Shown here one piece after another: positions 52,269 to 63,994 of a DNA stretch of 64,000 nt; positions within the stretch are counted from its first letter, which is position 1; each line of letters opens with the position of its first letter. A program made the translations under genes and the position numbers. A model generated the notes under the pieces. That model saw only the letters and a program-made list of their open reading frames with translations. It did not search any database and was not told the DNA's origin. Source of the stretch: Elusimicrobiota bacterium (GTDB taxonomy: Bacteria > Elusimicrobiota > Elusimicrobia > UBA1565 > JACRDR01); the NCBI GenBank assembly GCA_026388115.1, contig JAPLKK010000015.1, positions 2,988-66,987 of the forward strand. Reading direction: 5' to 3'.

Positions 52269-54280
52269 GGCTTCGCTGCGGGCGCCGGAGGCCGCTCGGG
52301 CGCGGGCAGCGGGTCGGACACGGGCTCCGAAGCCGGGGCGACGGGGTGCTCGATGTAGGTGTACTCCCGCATCGTCGCCTCGTACTGGTTCAGCAGGTCG
52401 ACGCCCTCGCGAGGCTTGATCGCGCCCGCTTTGACGTGCGCGTCGATGGCGGTCTTCACGTTCTTGACGAGCTCGAAGTCGCTGTATTGGATGCCCGCCA
52501 GGACGTCGCGGATGGTCTGCCCTTCGATCACGTCCTCGATGTAATAGCCGCCGGGCTCCTCATCGTCCTCGAAGACGTGCACCTCGTTGACGCGGCCGAA
52601 GAGGTTATGGACGTCGCCCATCGTGGCCTGGTAGGCCCCCATGAGGAACATGCCGAGATAATAGGGTTCGCCGGGCTTGAGCGGGTGCACGGGCAGGGCG
52701 CCGCCGGACTTGCGGTGGCAGGGGAACTGCGTGACCTTGCCGTCGGAGTCGCAGGTCGCGTCCGCCAGCGTCGCGCGGCGGGTCGGCTCCTCGTTGAGGC
52801 GCTGCAGCGGCATGATGGGGAAGAGCTGGCCGATCGCCCAGGAGTCCGGCAGGGACTGGAAGACCGAGAAGTTGCACATGTACTGGTCGAGGGTGGTGCG
52901 CGTCATCTCCCGAAGGTCCTCGGTCAGGTACTTGGCGGTCGGCATGAGCCGCCGGATCTCGCGGCAGACGCGCCAGAACAGCGACTCGACCCTGGCCCGG
53001 TCCTCCAGGCCCAGGTATCCCAGGTTGAAGAGGCTGAAGGCCTCGTCCTTGCGCGCCTGGGCGTCGTGCAGGCTTTCGGCGAGGTTGCGCGGGTCGATGC
53101 TCCCCAGGACCTCGCGCATCGCGGTGACGACCTGATGCTCGTCGGGCGACGCCGCCGGCTCCGGGCCCGCCGCTCCGGACTCGATCGCGCCGAAGACGTT
53201 GACCACGAGGACCGAGTGGTGGGCCACGACGGCGCGGCCGGACTCGGTCACGATGTTCGGCTCGGGCACGCCTTCCTGCTTGCAGACCTCCTGGATGAGG
53301 CTCACGACGTCGTTGACGTACTCGCGCAGGTTGTAGTTCGTGGAGCTGTCCTGCGAGGTGTGCGTCCCATCGTAGTCCACGCCGAGGCCGCCGCCGCAGT
53401 CCAGGTACTCCAGCTCGAGGCCGAGCTTGCGCAGCTTCGCGTAGAAGCGCGCCCCCTCTTTCACCGCCCCTTGGATGGCGCGGATGTCGGTCACCTGCGA
53501 GCCGAGGTGGAAATGGAACATCTTGACCGCGTCCGCCAGACCCGCGGCTTTCAAGTCGCGCACCGCGGCCAGGATCTCGGGCGTCGTCAGGCCGAATTTC
53601 GCCTTGTCCCCGGAGGAGGCGGCCCATTTGCCGCTGCCCGGGGCGAGGAGCTTGCCGCGCAGGCCGATGAGGGGCCGCACGCCCGATTCCTGAACGGCCT
53701 TGACGAGGAGGGGGACCTCGCCGGGCTTCTCGATGACGACGATCACCTTCTTGCCGAGCTTGACGCCCAGCAGGGCGAGCCGGATCATCGACTCGTCCTT
53801 GTAGCCGTTGATGACGGTGAGCGCTTCGGGGCCGTTCATGCCGAGCACGGCGATGAGCTCGCCCTTGGAGCCGGCCTCGAGCCCGAACTGGTAGGGCGCG
53901 CCCGCGTCGAGGATCTCCTCGACCACCTCGCGCATCTGGTTCACCTTGATCGGATAGACGCCGAGATAACGCCCCTGGTACTTGTGGGCGTCGATCGCCT
54001 GCTTGAACGCCGCGTTGAGCTGTTCGACGCGGTGGCGCAGGACGTCCTGGAAGCGGAACAGGACCGGCAGCTTGATCCCGCGCTGGGAGACCTCGTCGAC
54101 GACGCGCTTCAAGTCGAAGAAGCGCTTCGTCTCGCGCCGCGGGTGCAGCTGCAGGTTCCCGCCGGCGCCGATGTCGAGATACTTCAGGCCCCAGCCTTTG
54201 AGGTTGTAGAGGGCGGCCGAATCCTCGATGGTCCAGCCGCGGGGGCGCTCCGCCCCCCTGCCGTTGTCGCCCTGGCCCAT
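52265..54280 (-). CDS. speA: Biosynthetic arginine decarboxylase.
   Basis: PLP fold-III decarboxylase with SpeA-specific motifs (YPIKVNQ, HFHLGSQ, EYLDCGGGLGVDYDG). 671 aa. Confidence 0.9.
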   Translation of the reverse strand: MGQGDNGRGAERPRGWTIEDSAALYNLKGWGLKYLDIGAGGNLQLHPRRETKRFFDLKRVVDEVSQRGIKLPVLFRFQDVLRHRVEQLNAAFKQAIDAHKYQGRYLGVYPIKVNQMREVVEEILDAGAPYQFGLEAGSKGELIAVLGMNGPEALTVINGYKDESMIRLALLGVKLGKKVIVVIEKPGEVPLLVKAVQESGVRPLIGLRGKLLAPGSGKWAASSGDKAKFGLTTPEILAAVRDLKAAGLADAVKMFHFHLGSQVTDIRAIQGAVKEGARFYAKLRKLGLELEYLDCGGGLGVDYDGTHTSQDSSTNYNLREYVNDVVSLIQEVCKQEGVPEPNIVTESGRAVVAHHSVLVVNVFGAIESGAAGPEPAASPDEHQVVTAMREVLGSIDPRNLAESLHDAQARKDEAFSLFNLGYLGLEDRARVESLFWRVCREIRRLMPTAKYLTEDLREMTRTTLDQYMCNFSVFQSLPDSWAIGQLFPIMPLQRLNEEPTRRATLADATCDSDGKVTQFPCHRKSGGALPVHPLKPGEPYYLGMFLMGAYQATMGDVHNLFGRVNEVHVFEDDEEPGGYYIEDVIEGQTIRDVLAGIQYSDFELVKNVKTAIDAHVKAGAIKPREGVDLLNQYEATMREYTYIEHPVAPASEPVSDPLPAPERPPAPAAKP

Positions 54281-55335
54281 TACTTGCGGGCTTGGGCGAG
54301 CTCCTTCTCGTTGAGGAAGGCGTTGAAGCGGCGCTCGGCGCGGCCCTTCCAGGAGCCCTTGTGATAGGCGTAGCCCGCGAGGAGCGGGAAGGCCAACGTC
54401 GCCTCGGCGTACACCATCTGCTCGTGCACCACGTCGACCTTGCCCCAGGAGCAGGCTTCGCGCAAGGTCGAGCCCGAGAGGCCGCCGTCGCGCTCGTCGG
54501 CGACGGTGATCTGGACGGCGTATTTGTGCATCGGGGACTCGAGGCCGAGCATCTCGGTCGCGACCACGATATCCTGCGCGAAGTTCTTCGGCACCCCGCC
54601 GCCGATCATGATCAGGCCGGTCTCCTCGGCCTCGATCTTCAGCCTTGCGAGCTCGAGGAAATCCTTGGCGGAGTCGATCGAGACGTGGCGGTCCGGGCTG
54701 TGCCACTGATGGTGCAGGAGGCCCATCCCCGCCGAGCAGTCCGAGAAGGCGGGCACGAAGATCGGCACGCCTTTCTCGCAGCAGACGCGGACGACGGAGT
54801 CCTTGGCCTTCGGGCGCTTGGCGAGGAACTTCCCCATCTCCTCGATGAACTCGCGCGAGGAGTACGGCTTGGGCTCGAGGCTCTCGGCGATCTTGGCGAT
54901 CGTGTTGTCGCACTCGCCGAGCTCGTCCTCGTCGATGAAGGTGTCGTAGATGCGGTCCACGCGCACCGAGCGCAGCTCCTTGTCGTTGACGAAGGGCGTG
55001 CCGCGGTAATGCTTGTAGCCGAGGGCCTCGAAGAAGTCCTGGTCGACGATGTTGGCGCCCGTCGAGACGATGGCGTCCGCCATATTGTTGGCGACGAGGT
55101 CGTACACGACGCGCTTGAGCCCTGCCGAGAGGAGCGAGCCCGCGAGGCACAGGATGACCGAGCAGCCCTTGTCGGCCAGCATCCGGTCGTAGATCTCGCA
55201 GGCGCGCGCGAGGTTGCGGGCCTGGAACGCCATCTTTCCCATGGCCTCGACCAGCGGGACCACGTTGTGGCGGGCGATCTCGATGTGCTCGATGGGCTCT
55301 TTCAGGAAATCCTTCTTGCCGATGTTCTTCGCCAT
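54280..55335 (-). CDS. Deoxyhypusine synthase-like protein (putative homospermidine synthase).
   Basis: DHS-family fold motifs. A 351-aa protein whose stop overlaps the speA start. Confidence 0.7.
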   Translation of the reverse strand: MAKNIGKKDFLKEPIEHIEIARHNVVPLVEAMGKMAFQARNLARACEIYDRMLADKGCSVILCLAGSLLSAGLKRVVYDLVANNMADAIVSTGANIVDQDFFEALGYKHYRGTPFVNDKELRSVRVDRIYDTFIDEDELGECDNTIAKIAESLEPKPYSSREFIEEMGKFLAKRPKAKDSVVRVCCEKGVPIFVPAFSDCSAGMGLLHHQWHSPDRHVSIDSAKDFLELARLKIEAEETGLIMIGGGVPKNFAQDIVVATEMLGLESPMHKYAVQITVADERDGGLSGSTLREACSWGKVDVVHEQMVYAEATLAFPLLAGYAYHKGSWKGRAERRFNAFLNEKELAQARK

Positions 55336-55459
55336 GGTCCTCACCTTTGGAGCGGACGCCCGCGCGAACGCACGCGCGTACGAGGGGCCATGATAGCAAA
55401 GGTCTTCCGTCGACGACAAATCTCCTGCGAAGAAACGTCCAGTTTGGTACACTCGAACC

Positions 55460-56686
55460 GTGCTGTGGCTGGCTCTTGCGGCGTTCGCGTCCGCCGCGCA
55501 CGCGGCGGACCCGGTCAGGCCCTCGACCGCCGCCGCGGCGGTGGCGCTGCCTTCCCCCGGCCCGATCGTCCATCCGACCGGACGCACGCGCCGGCGCCGC
55601 CCGCGCTACAAGAACGGAGTGCCGGTGACGCAGGTCCATAAGGTCCGTCCGCGCGAGCCGGTCCTCAAGGCGACGGGCTGGACGCCCGAGGTCCGCAGGG
55701 CGCTGGAAGAGCTCATCGTCGCCCGCAGCTCGATGTCCAAGACTTACGACGCGGACCGGCCGCCGGTCGCCGTCTTCGTGGCCGAGGACGCGGCCATCGT
55801 CCATCATCCGGCCGAGGTCTCGTTCTTGCGCCTCATCGAGCGCGCGGAGTTCCGGTTCTCCCCGGCTTGGTGGGAGCTGATCCCGATGGAGCTGCGCCAG
55901 CGGGCCCGGCTCGATCACAAGCATTTCTCGTCCCGGCCGCCGGCGACCTGGCCGCGCGACGAGGACTATCTCGACTGGCGCAAGACGATGCTCGACGCCT
56001 ACGCGCTCAAGTGCCGCCGCGACGGCACGCGCAACTGCCGCGGGTGGCTGACCAGCCTGCTGATGGGGCCGAAGGAGCGGGAGGCCGAGCAGTATGAGCG
56101 CGGGGCGCTCGAGGACGCGTTCCACGAGCCGCTGGTCGAGGAAATGATCCGGGCGAACGCCGGAGACGAGCACCCGGCGAGGGTGGGCCGCGGGGTCCGG
56201 CGCGTGCCCGAGATGATCGAGCTGACCCGCGAGCTGAAAAGAGCCGGCTTCGACGTGTGGCTCTTCAGCTGGTCCAGCCAGTGGATGGCCGAGGCGATCG
56301 CGGCGCGCTACGGCATCGATCCCAAGCGCGTGGTCGGGGCGCGGGTGAAGATCGTCAATACCGTCCTGCAGTCCGACCTCATCGACCCGGTCACCGACGG
56401 CCCCGGCATGGCCGAGGCGGTGACGGTCTTCATCGCACGCGACCCCGCGCTCATCGTCGCAAGCCCGCACGAGCTCGAGCTGCTCGGCTACGGCAAGGGG
56501 CTGAAGATCGTCATCGACCGCGGAGACGGGCTGGCTGGAGCGCGCGCCAAGGAGCGCGGCTGGCTGCTGCAGCCGCCCTTGCCGCCGGCGCCTCCGGAGA
56601 CCGAGCCGGCACCCGAGGTCGCTCCGGTCAAGGAGCCGCCCGCGGCCGCGCCGAAGGCCAGGCCGGAGAGCCCCGATTTCCCATGA
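55460..56686 (+). CDS. Hypothetical secreted protein with a Pro/Ala-rich C-terminus.
   Basis: Signal peptide MLWLALAAFASAAHA. No confident domain call. Confidence 0.4.
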   Translation: MLWLALAAFASAAHAADPVRPSTAAAAVALPSPGPIVHPTGRTRRRRPRYKNGVPVTQVHKVRPREPVLKATGWTPEVRRALEELIVARSSMSKTYDADRPPVAVFVAEDAAIVHHPAEVSFLRLIERAEFRFSPAWWELIPMELRQRARLDHKHFSSRPPATWPRDEDYLDWRKTMLDAYALKCRRDGTRNCRGWLTSLLMGPKEREAEQYERGALEDAFHEPLVEEMIRANAGDEHPARVGRGVRRVPEMIELTRELKRAGFDVWLFSWSSQWMAEAIAARYGIDPKRVVGARVKIVNTVLQSDLIDPVTDGPGMAEAVTVFIARDPALIVASPHELELLGYGKGLKIVIDRGDGLAGARAKERGWLLQPPLPPAPPETEPAPEVAPVKEPPAAAPKARPESPDFP

Positions 56687-56755
56687 GCGAGCCGCGAGTT
56701 CCCCTTGCTCATTCCAGCGTAATTTGAGATAATCGCTCGCCCACCCGGAGGGGCT

Positions 56756-57076
56756 GTGAACTGGACCGACGAATTGAAGAGAAGATCGAACATCGAGGAA
56801 GTCGGGGATCTCTTCGTCACCGAAAGCTCCATCATGGTGAAGCTTCTTCCCAGCCGCAAGGCGGGGTCGAAGCCCATCGCCTGGTTCTCAAACGGGGTCG
56901 TCAAGAACGTCCGAGTCGCCGCGCGCGACATCTCCTTGCTCGTCGGCAAGGTCCGCCGCAAGACGAGCGTCGTGCGCGGGCTCACGGTCATGACCGACCG
57001 CGGCCTCCGCTTCGACCTCTCCAAGAGCCGGCTCCACAAAGCCGTGGCCCAAGCCGGCTTCGAGATGCTGAACTAG
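56756..57076 (+). CDS. Hypothetical small protein.
   Basis: 106-aa ORF with ordinary composition. No recognisable motif. Confidence 0.35.
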   Translation: MNWTDELKRRSNIEEVGDLFVTESSIMVKLLPSRKAGSKPIAWFSNGVVKNVRVAARDISLLVGKVRRKTSVVRGLTVMTDRGLRFDLSKSRLHKAVAQAGFEMLN

Positions 57077-57101
57077 CGCCCCCAGCGCTACCGAGTTGTC
57101 G

Positions 57102-57908
57102 TCATCCCGGCGGAAGCCGGGACCCAGCATCCATCCGGTACAGGTCCAGAGCGTTGCGCGTCGTCTGCTGCGCGACGAGGTCCACGCTGGTCTTGAGGGC
57201 TCCCGCCAGCCCCAGGGCGATCTCATGGAGCCCGCGCGAGTCGTTGCGCTTGCCCCGCGCGCTCTGGGGCGGAAGATAGGGGCTGTCGGTCTCCAGCACG
57301 AGCGCATCCAGACCCGCGGCGGCGAGGGCCTGGCGCAAGGCGTCGTTCTTGGGGTAGGTCACGGGGCCGTCCACGCCGAGGGCGAAGCCCAGCTCGCGCC
57401 CCCGCAGGGCGTCCTCGGTCCGGCCCGAGAAGCAATGAAGGACGCCGTGGAAGCGCCCGGCCGGCGCCTTTCCTTTATAAAAGCTCTCCAGCAGAGCCAG
57501 CAGGTCGTCGTAGGCTCCGCGGCAGTGGATCACGACGGGCAGTTCCGCCTCCCAGGCCGCCGCCAGCATCCCCTCGAGCGCGCGCTTCTGCTCGGCGCGC
57601 TCCGTCTTTCCCTTGACATAGTCCAGGCCGATCTCGCCGGCGGCGACCACTTCGGGGAGCTCCGCCCTGCGGCCGAGCCGCTCGCCCAGCTCTTGCGACC
57701 ACCGGTCCGCGTAGTAGGGGTGCAGGCCGAGGGAGCAGCGCACGAACGGCCTTGCCCGGCTCAAGGCGACGGCCTTGTCCCATTCCTCGGGCGCGTCGGC
57801 GATCTCGATCAAGCGATCGATGCCGGCCGTGCGGCAGGCGGCCAGGACGTCGCCGCGGTCGGCGTCGAACTGCGCGTCGTTGAGGTGGACGTGCGTATCG
57901 ATGTACAT
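57102..57908 (-). CDS. tatD: TatD-family metal-dependent hydrolase/DNase.
   Basis: IDTHVHL start motif and other TatD signatures (GEIGLDY, ETDSPYL). Confidence 0.88.
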   Translation of the reverse strand: MYIDTHVHLNDAQFDADRGDVLAACRTAGIDRLIEIADAPEEWDKAVALSRARPFVRCSLGLHPYYADRWSQELGERLGRRAELPEVVAAGEIGLDYVKGKTERAEQKRALEGMLAAAWEAELPVVIHCRGAYDDLLALLESFYKGKAPAGRFHGVLHCFSGRTEDALRGRELGFALGVDGPVTYPKNDALRQALAAAGLDALVLETDSPYLPPQSARGKRNDSRGLHEIALGLAGALKTSVDLVAQQTTRNALDLYRMDAGSRLPPG

Positions 57909-58685
57909 CTAAGGGGCGGGCGCGGGGTTGTCGTGAGGCCCCACCTCGGTGAGGCTCTGGAGGGTGTTGCGGAAGGTGTCGCTGTCTTTGCCCGCGGTCA
58001 GCACGTACATCACTTTCGTGCCGACGATGAACGCCTGCGCGAGCGGGAAGGGCTGGGAGATGTTCACCACGAAGCCCGGCAGGCCGCCGGCGGTCATCTC
58101 CTTCATCTCATAGGTATCGCCGCGGCTGTTCAGCGTCTGGGTGACGCCGGCTTTCAGCGTGTCGAAAGTGATCATCCCCGTCGCGATGCGCAGGGGGCTG
58201 ACCTCGAGCCGCATGATGCCCAGCTGGCCGTACAGGCCTTCGTTGCCGAAATTGGTCGGGTCGGTCTTCTCGGGGAACAGGTACACCACCTCGGTGCGGT
58301 TGCCGAGGTCCTTGAACGAGGTCTGCGTCGCGTAGCCCGCCGGCACCTGGAAGAGGTAGCCGTAATGGCCCATGAACGGGCCCTTGGCTCCGGCGGCCGG
58401 CGCCGGGGACGGCGGCGACGCCTCGGAGGCGGCGGCCCCGGTCTTGTCGCCCGGCGCCGGCGGCTTGTCGAGCGCCATGTACGCCGCGACCGCGCCGAAC
58501 ATCACCGCGCCGAAGATGGCGTAGAGCGCCGCGGGCTTTTTCCGCGCCGGCTTGGCCGCCGCGGCGAGGGCCTCGTCGATCTCGTCCTCGCCGAGGCCCT
58601 CCTCGAGGAGGTTCTCGCGCACCGCCTCGGCGCCGAACTGGGGGACCTGCTTGCGCAGGTAGGCGACGAGCTTGGGATCGGCCAT
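57909..58685 (-). CDS. Hypothetical membrane-anchored protein.
   Basis: N-terminal cytoplasmic region, one TM segment (AALYAIFGAVMFGAVAAYMAL), a Pro/Ala linker and a C-terminal domain. Confidence 0.45.
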   Translation of the reverse strand: MADPKLVAYLRKQVPQFGAEAVRENLLEEGLGEDEIDEALAAAAKPARKKPAALYAIFGAVMFGAVAAYMALDKPPAPGDKTGAAASEASPPSPAPAAGAKGPFMGHYGYLFQVPAGYATQTSFKDLGNRTEVVYLFPEKTDPTNFGNEGLYGQLGIMRLEVSPLRIATGMITFDTLKAGVTQTLNSRGDTYEMKEMTAGGLPGFVVNISQPFPLAQAFIVGTKVMYVLTAGKDSDTFRNTLQSLTEVGPHDNPAPAP

Positions 58686-58730
58686 TCGATGATAGTGTAA
58701 GGGACGCCGCCCGCCAGCGTCAATATCCCT

Positions 58731-59117
58731 TTACCAGGGACGGAACCCGCCGTCCGGCAGCAGCTCGCGGATGGTGCGCGCGAGCAGGGCCAGATCGAGG
58801 GGTTTCTTGAGGAACCGCACTTTGGGATGCGTCAGCAGGTCGCCGATGATGGAGGATTCGACCGACCCGCTCATGATGATGATCGGCACCTCGCGCGTGC
58901 GCCAATAGTCCTGCAGGCGGCGCGCGGCCGTCGTTCCGTAAAGCCCCGGCATCACCACGTCGGTGATGATCAGGTGCGGGTTGCTGCGCTCCGCCATCGC
59001 GAAGGCCTGGGCGCCGTCCGTGGCCTCCAGGACCTCGAGATGCAGTTCGGTGAGGAAATCCTTGAGAAGAGAGAGGATATTGGCGTCATCCTCCGCGATC
59101 AATATCCGCGCGATCAT
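58731..59117 (-). CDS. Stand-alone response regulator receiver domain. It is a paralog of the receiver at 2083-2454.
   Basis: RILIAEDD ... HLIITDVVMPGLYG ... LKKP. Confidence 0.7.
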   Translation of the reverse strand: MIARILIAEDDANILSLLKDFLTELHLEVLEATDGAQAFAMAERSNPHLIITDVVMPGLYGTTAARRLQDYWRTREVPIIIMSGSVESSIIGDLLTHPKVRFLKKPLDLALLARTIRELLPDGGFRPW

Positions 59118-59171
59118 GGCAGAGGACGTAACATACAAAAAAACGCGGCGCCGCCGTCAAAACCACTCGTC

Positions 59172-59200
59172 TTGAAATGGCCATGCGGTTGTGCCATAAT
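59172..59200 (+). promoter_or_regulatory. Sigma70-like promoter upstream of clpC.
   Basis: TTGAAA, a 17-bp spacer, then CATAAT. Lies ~58 nt upstream of the clpC ATG. Confidence 0.55.
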
Positions 59201-59257
59201 CAGTGTGATTCCTCCGGCGGTTTTTCTCGTCGGAGGGCTCGTCCGCCAGGGGAGAAA

Positions 59258-61729
<2,472 letters not shown>

Positions 61730-61735
61730 CGAGCC

Positions 61736-61760
61736 GGGCCGTTCGGCCCAGGTTGTTCCT
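61736..61760 (+). terminator. Putative intrinsic terminator after clpC.
   Basis: GGGCC gttc GGCCC hairpin followed by the T-containing tract AGGTTGTTCCTT. Confidence 0.35.
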
Positions 61761-61775
61761 TACCCCGTTGAGCTA

Positions 61776-61806
61776 GAATGCCGTTCCGATGAAAGGAACG
61801 GCATTC
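61776..61806 (+). promoter_or_regulatory. Perfect 12-bp inverted repeat with the start codon of the downstream gene in its loop.
   Basis: GAATGCCGTTCC gATGaaa GGAACGGCATTC. The ATG at 61789 lies in the 7-nt loop. Confidence 0.6.
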
Positions 61807-62523
61807 CTCTTGGTGGCGGCGTCGTTGCTCTCCCCTCTCGCGCGGGCCGAGCGCTGGAAGGCGCTCCGGCGGCCGGGCCCCGCGGTCTCGTCGTTTCCCT
61901 GCATCCCGCACGCTCCCGCGCAGGCGGGGGGGACCCAGGGCTACGCCGACTCGCTCTCCGGCGGCAACTGCTACGTCGACATCCACCCCATCGATAGCAG
62001 CCCGGTCTATCGCGACTACGCTTTCTTCGGCGACGGCATGCTGATGGTATTCAACTCCTACTGCCCCGAAGACAGCACCGTGAAGTGCACCTCGGCGCGC
62101 GAGTTCTACTTCTTCCCGCGCCGCAACGCCCCCGAGCTCCTCATCGATCCGGCCGCGCCGGCCGTCTCGGTGAAGATGCCGAACGGCGGCCTCGTCGTCT
62201 TCGAGCCGGCAAGCGCGCAGATCCGCTCGGTGGATCGCGGCGGCGTGACCGTCTCGCCGCGCATCGACCCCGCCGACCGCGGCGGCGTGGAGTTCCCAAG
62301 CTACAACGGCCTGATGCTCGACGCGGGCTTCCGCATGGGCGAGCTTCCCTCCGGCAAGCCCGACAACGAGTCGGTGTTCCGCAGCGCTTACGGCCAGCTG
62401 TGCAAGGTGAAGAACAAGGAGATCTTCTCTTACGCGAACGGGGAGTCCTCGTTCAAGTTCACGGATCAGCAGCTGTCGGTCTGGCTCAAGACGCGCTGCC
62501 CCGGGCTGTACGTGGAGTTCTAA
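61789..62523 (+). CDS. Hypothetical secreted Cys-containing protein.
   Basis: Signal peptide MKGTAFLLVAASLLSPLARA. Confidence 0.45.
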   Translation: MKGTAFLLVAASLLSPLARAERWKALRRPGPAVSSFPCIPHAPAQAGGTQGYADSLSGGNCYVDIHPIDSSPVYRDYAFFGDGMLMVFNSYCPEDSTVKCTSAREFYFFPRRNAPELLIDPAAPAVSVKMPNGGLVVFEPASAQIRSVDRGGVTVSPRIDPADRGGVEFPSYNGLMLDAGFRMGELPSGKPDNESVFRSAYGQLCKVKNKEIFSYANGESSFKFTDQQLSVWLKTRCPGLYVEF

Positions 62524-62532
62524 CCCCTCTGC

Positions 62533-62751
62533 TTAGAGGGCACGCCTCAACTCGTCGGCGGTCATGCGGGCCTGCCGAAGGACCGAGCGAAGCGTTTCCG
62601 GATTGAGATCGCCGGAATGGACGGGCACCGTAACAAGAAGAATGCCCTTCCGAAGTTGGGCGTGGCTTCCCTTCTGACGCGCGACGGCGAAGCCCAACTT
62701 CTCGAGCGCCCGTATGAGGCGACTTGGCTTGATTTGCGGAAGGTCAGGCAA
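62533..62751 (-). CDS. hicA: HicA-family toxin (mRNA interferase, YcfA-like).
   Basis: 72-aa protein with ...KPSRLIRALEKLGF...KGSHAQL... Confidence 0.8.
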   Translation of the reverse strand: MPDLPQIKPSRLIRALEKLGFAVARQKGSHAQLRKGILLVTVPVHSGDLNPETLRSVLRQARMTADELRRAL

Positions 62752-63028
62752 CGGCGCTCACCCGGAGATTGACAGTGAGATTGAACGATTCCGTGATCTT
62801 CGTTGGAGACGCGATTCGGGGATCGTGTTCGCGCGGCACAGGCCTCAGATACGGCAGATTGCTGTCGATGGCGGAATCCAGATAAAGCTCGACAGCTTCT
62901 CGAAGCATCCGCTTTGCCTTGGCCGGGGAGACACCCTCCGAGGCCACGTCAAGATCCAAGCAGAGGGCAGTGAATCCTTTAGGCTGCTTGATGATTATGC
63001 AGGAAAAAACCAGCTCAGAAGCGGTCAT
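62744..63028 (-). CDS. hicB: HicB-family antitoxin (UPF0150-like).
   Basis: 94-aa protein lying upstream of hicA and overlapping it by 8 nt. The region has lower GC. Confidence 0.6.
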   Translation of the reverse strand: MTASELVFSCIIIKQPKGFTALCLDLDVASEGVSPAKAKRMLREAVELYLDSAIDSNLPYLRPVPREHDPRIASPTKITESFNLTVNLRVSAVA

Positions 63029-63231
63029 TGTTCTTTCCGCGGTTAGCGACGATGGTGCTGATTGCGGCGAAGAATGGGTCCGAGTCGTCCAGCCATCCTC
63101 GCACGCAGCTGAGATGCGACGCGCCCTTCGTCTTCTGCCTGGCCTTAGCACCCCCCTTGCGGTGACGCAGGACTTTAGTCTCCATCGCTTACTGACTATA
63201 CGATGACTTCGTGCGTGCGTCAATGGCTGGC

Positions 63232-63936
63232 TCATGGCTTGAGCCCGCCGTCTTCCCGGAAGCTGAAGAAGCCGCCGTCGGCGACCACCACGTGGTCCAG
63301 CAGCGGCACGCCCAGTATGCGCCCGGCGCGCTCCAGCCGTGCCGTCGCGGCGCGATCCTCGGGCGAGGGCCGCGCCTCGCCGGAAGGATGGTTGTGCGCG
63401 ACGATGACGCCGGCCGCGGCGCGCTCCACCGCCGGTCCGAACACCTCGCGCGGGTGCACGAGGCTCGCGGTGAGCGTGCCGATGGAGACCGTTTCGGTAT
63501 GCAGCAGGCGGTTGCGCGCGCTGAGGTACAGCGCGACGAAATGTTCCTTGCGCTCATGCCGCAGGCCATGCAGATGCTCCCAGACCTGCCGCGGCCCGGT
63601 GAGCTCCGCGCCGTCGGCGGCGCGCAGGTCCCAGCGGTGCACCAGCTCCCGCGCCGCCGCGATCGCGCAAGCGCGGCCCGGCCCGAGCCCGCCGGCCCGG
63701 CAAAGCGCCGCGGCCGGCATCCGGACCAGCTCGCGCGCCCCGCAGCGCTCCAGCAGGCCTCGCGCGACGTCGAGCGAGCTCTTGCCGGGCCCGCCCGTTC
63801 CCAACAGCAAGGCCAGCAGCTCGTCATCGCGCAGGGCTGGTGGGCCGAGCCGCATCAGCCGCTCGCGCGGCCGCTCAGCGGGATCCAGGTCGGCGATGCG
63901 AATGCCCATACCACTTAGTACGAATGAGGAGAACAA
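63232..63936 (-). CDS. radC: RadC-family JAB/MPN domain protein.
   Basis: Helix-hairpin-helix N-terminal region, a JAMM-like HNHPSG motif and a TTG start. Confidence 0.85.
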   Translation of the reverse strand: MFSSFVLSGMGIRIADLDPAERPRERLMRLGPPALRDDELLALLLGTGGPGKSSLDVARGLLERCGARELVRMPAAALCRAGGLGPGRACAIAAARELVHRWDLRAADGAELTGPRQVWEHLHGLRHERKEHFVALYLSARNRLLHTETVSIGTLTASLVHPREVFGPAVERAAAGVIVAHNHPSGEARPSPEDRAATARLERAGRILGVPLLDHVVVADGGFFSFREDGGLKP

Positions 63937-63948
63937 AAGTTCCCTGAT

Positions 63949-63994
63949 GAACCCTCACCCCTCCCTCTCCCGCCGGAGGCGGGAGAGGGAGAAC
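63949..63994. repeat. GC-rich REP-like hairpin repeat, copy B.
   Basis: GAACCCTCACCCCT CCCTCTCCCGCC gga GGCGGGAGAGGG AGAACGG. Nearly identical to copy A at 42415-42463. Confidence 0.7.

Noticed and set aside
52265-56470. 1401-aa ORF on the minus strand.
   Set aside because: It is a composite. The first 671 codons are speA and the next 351 are the DHS-like gene, which has its own ATG. The upstream remainder is an antisense read-through of the 55460-56686 plus-strand gene.
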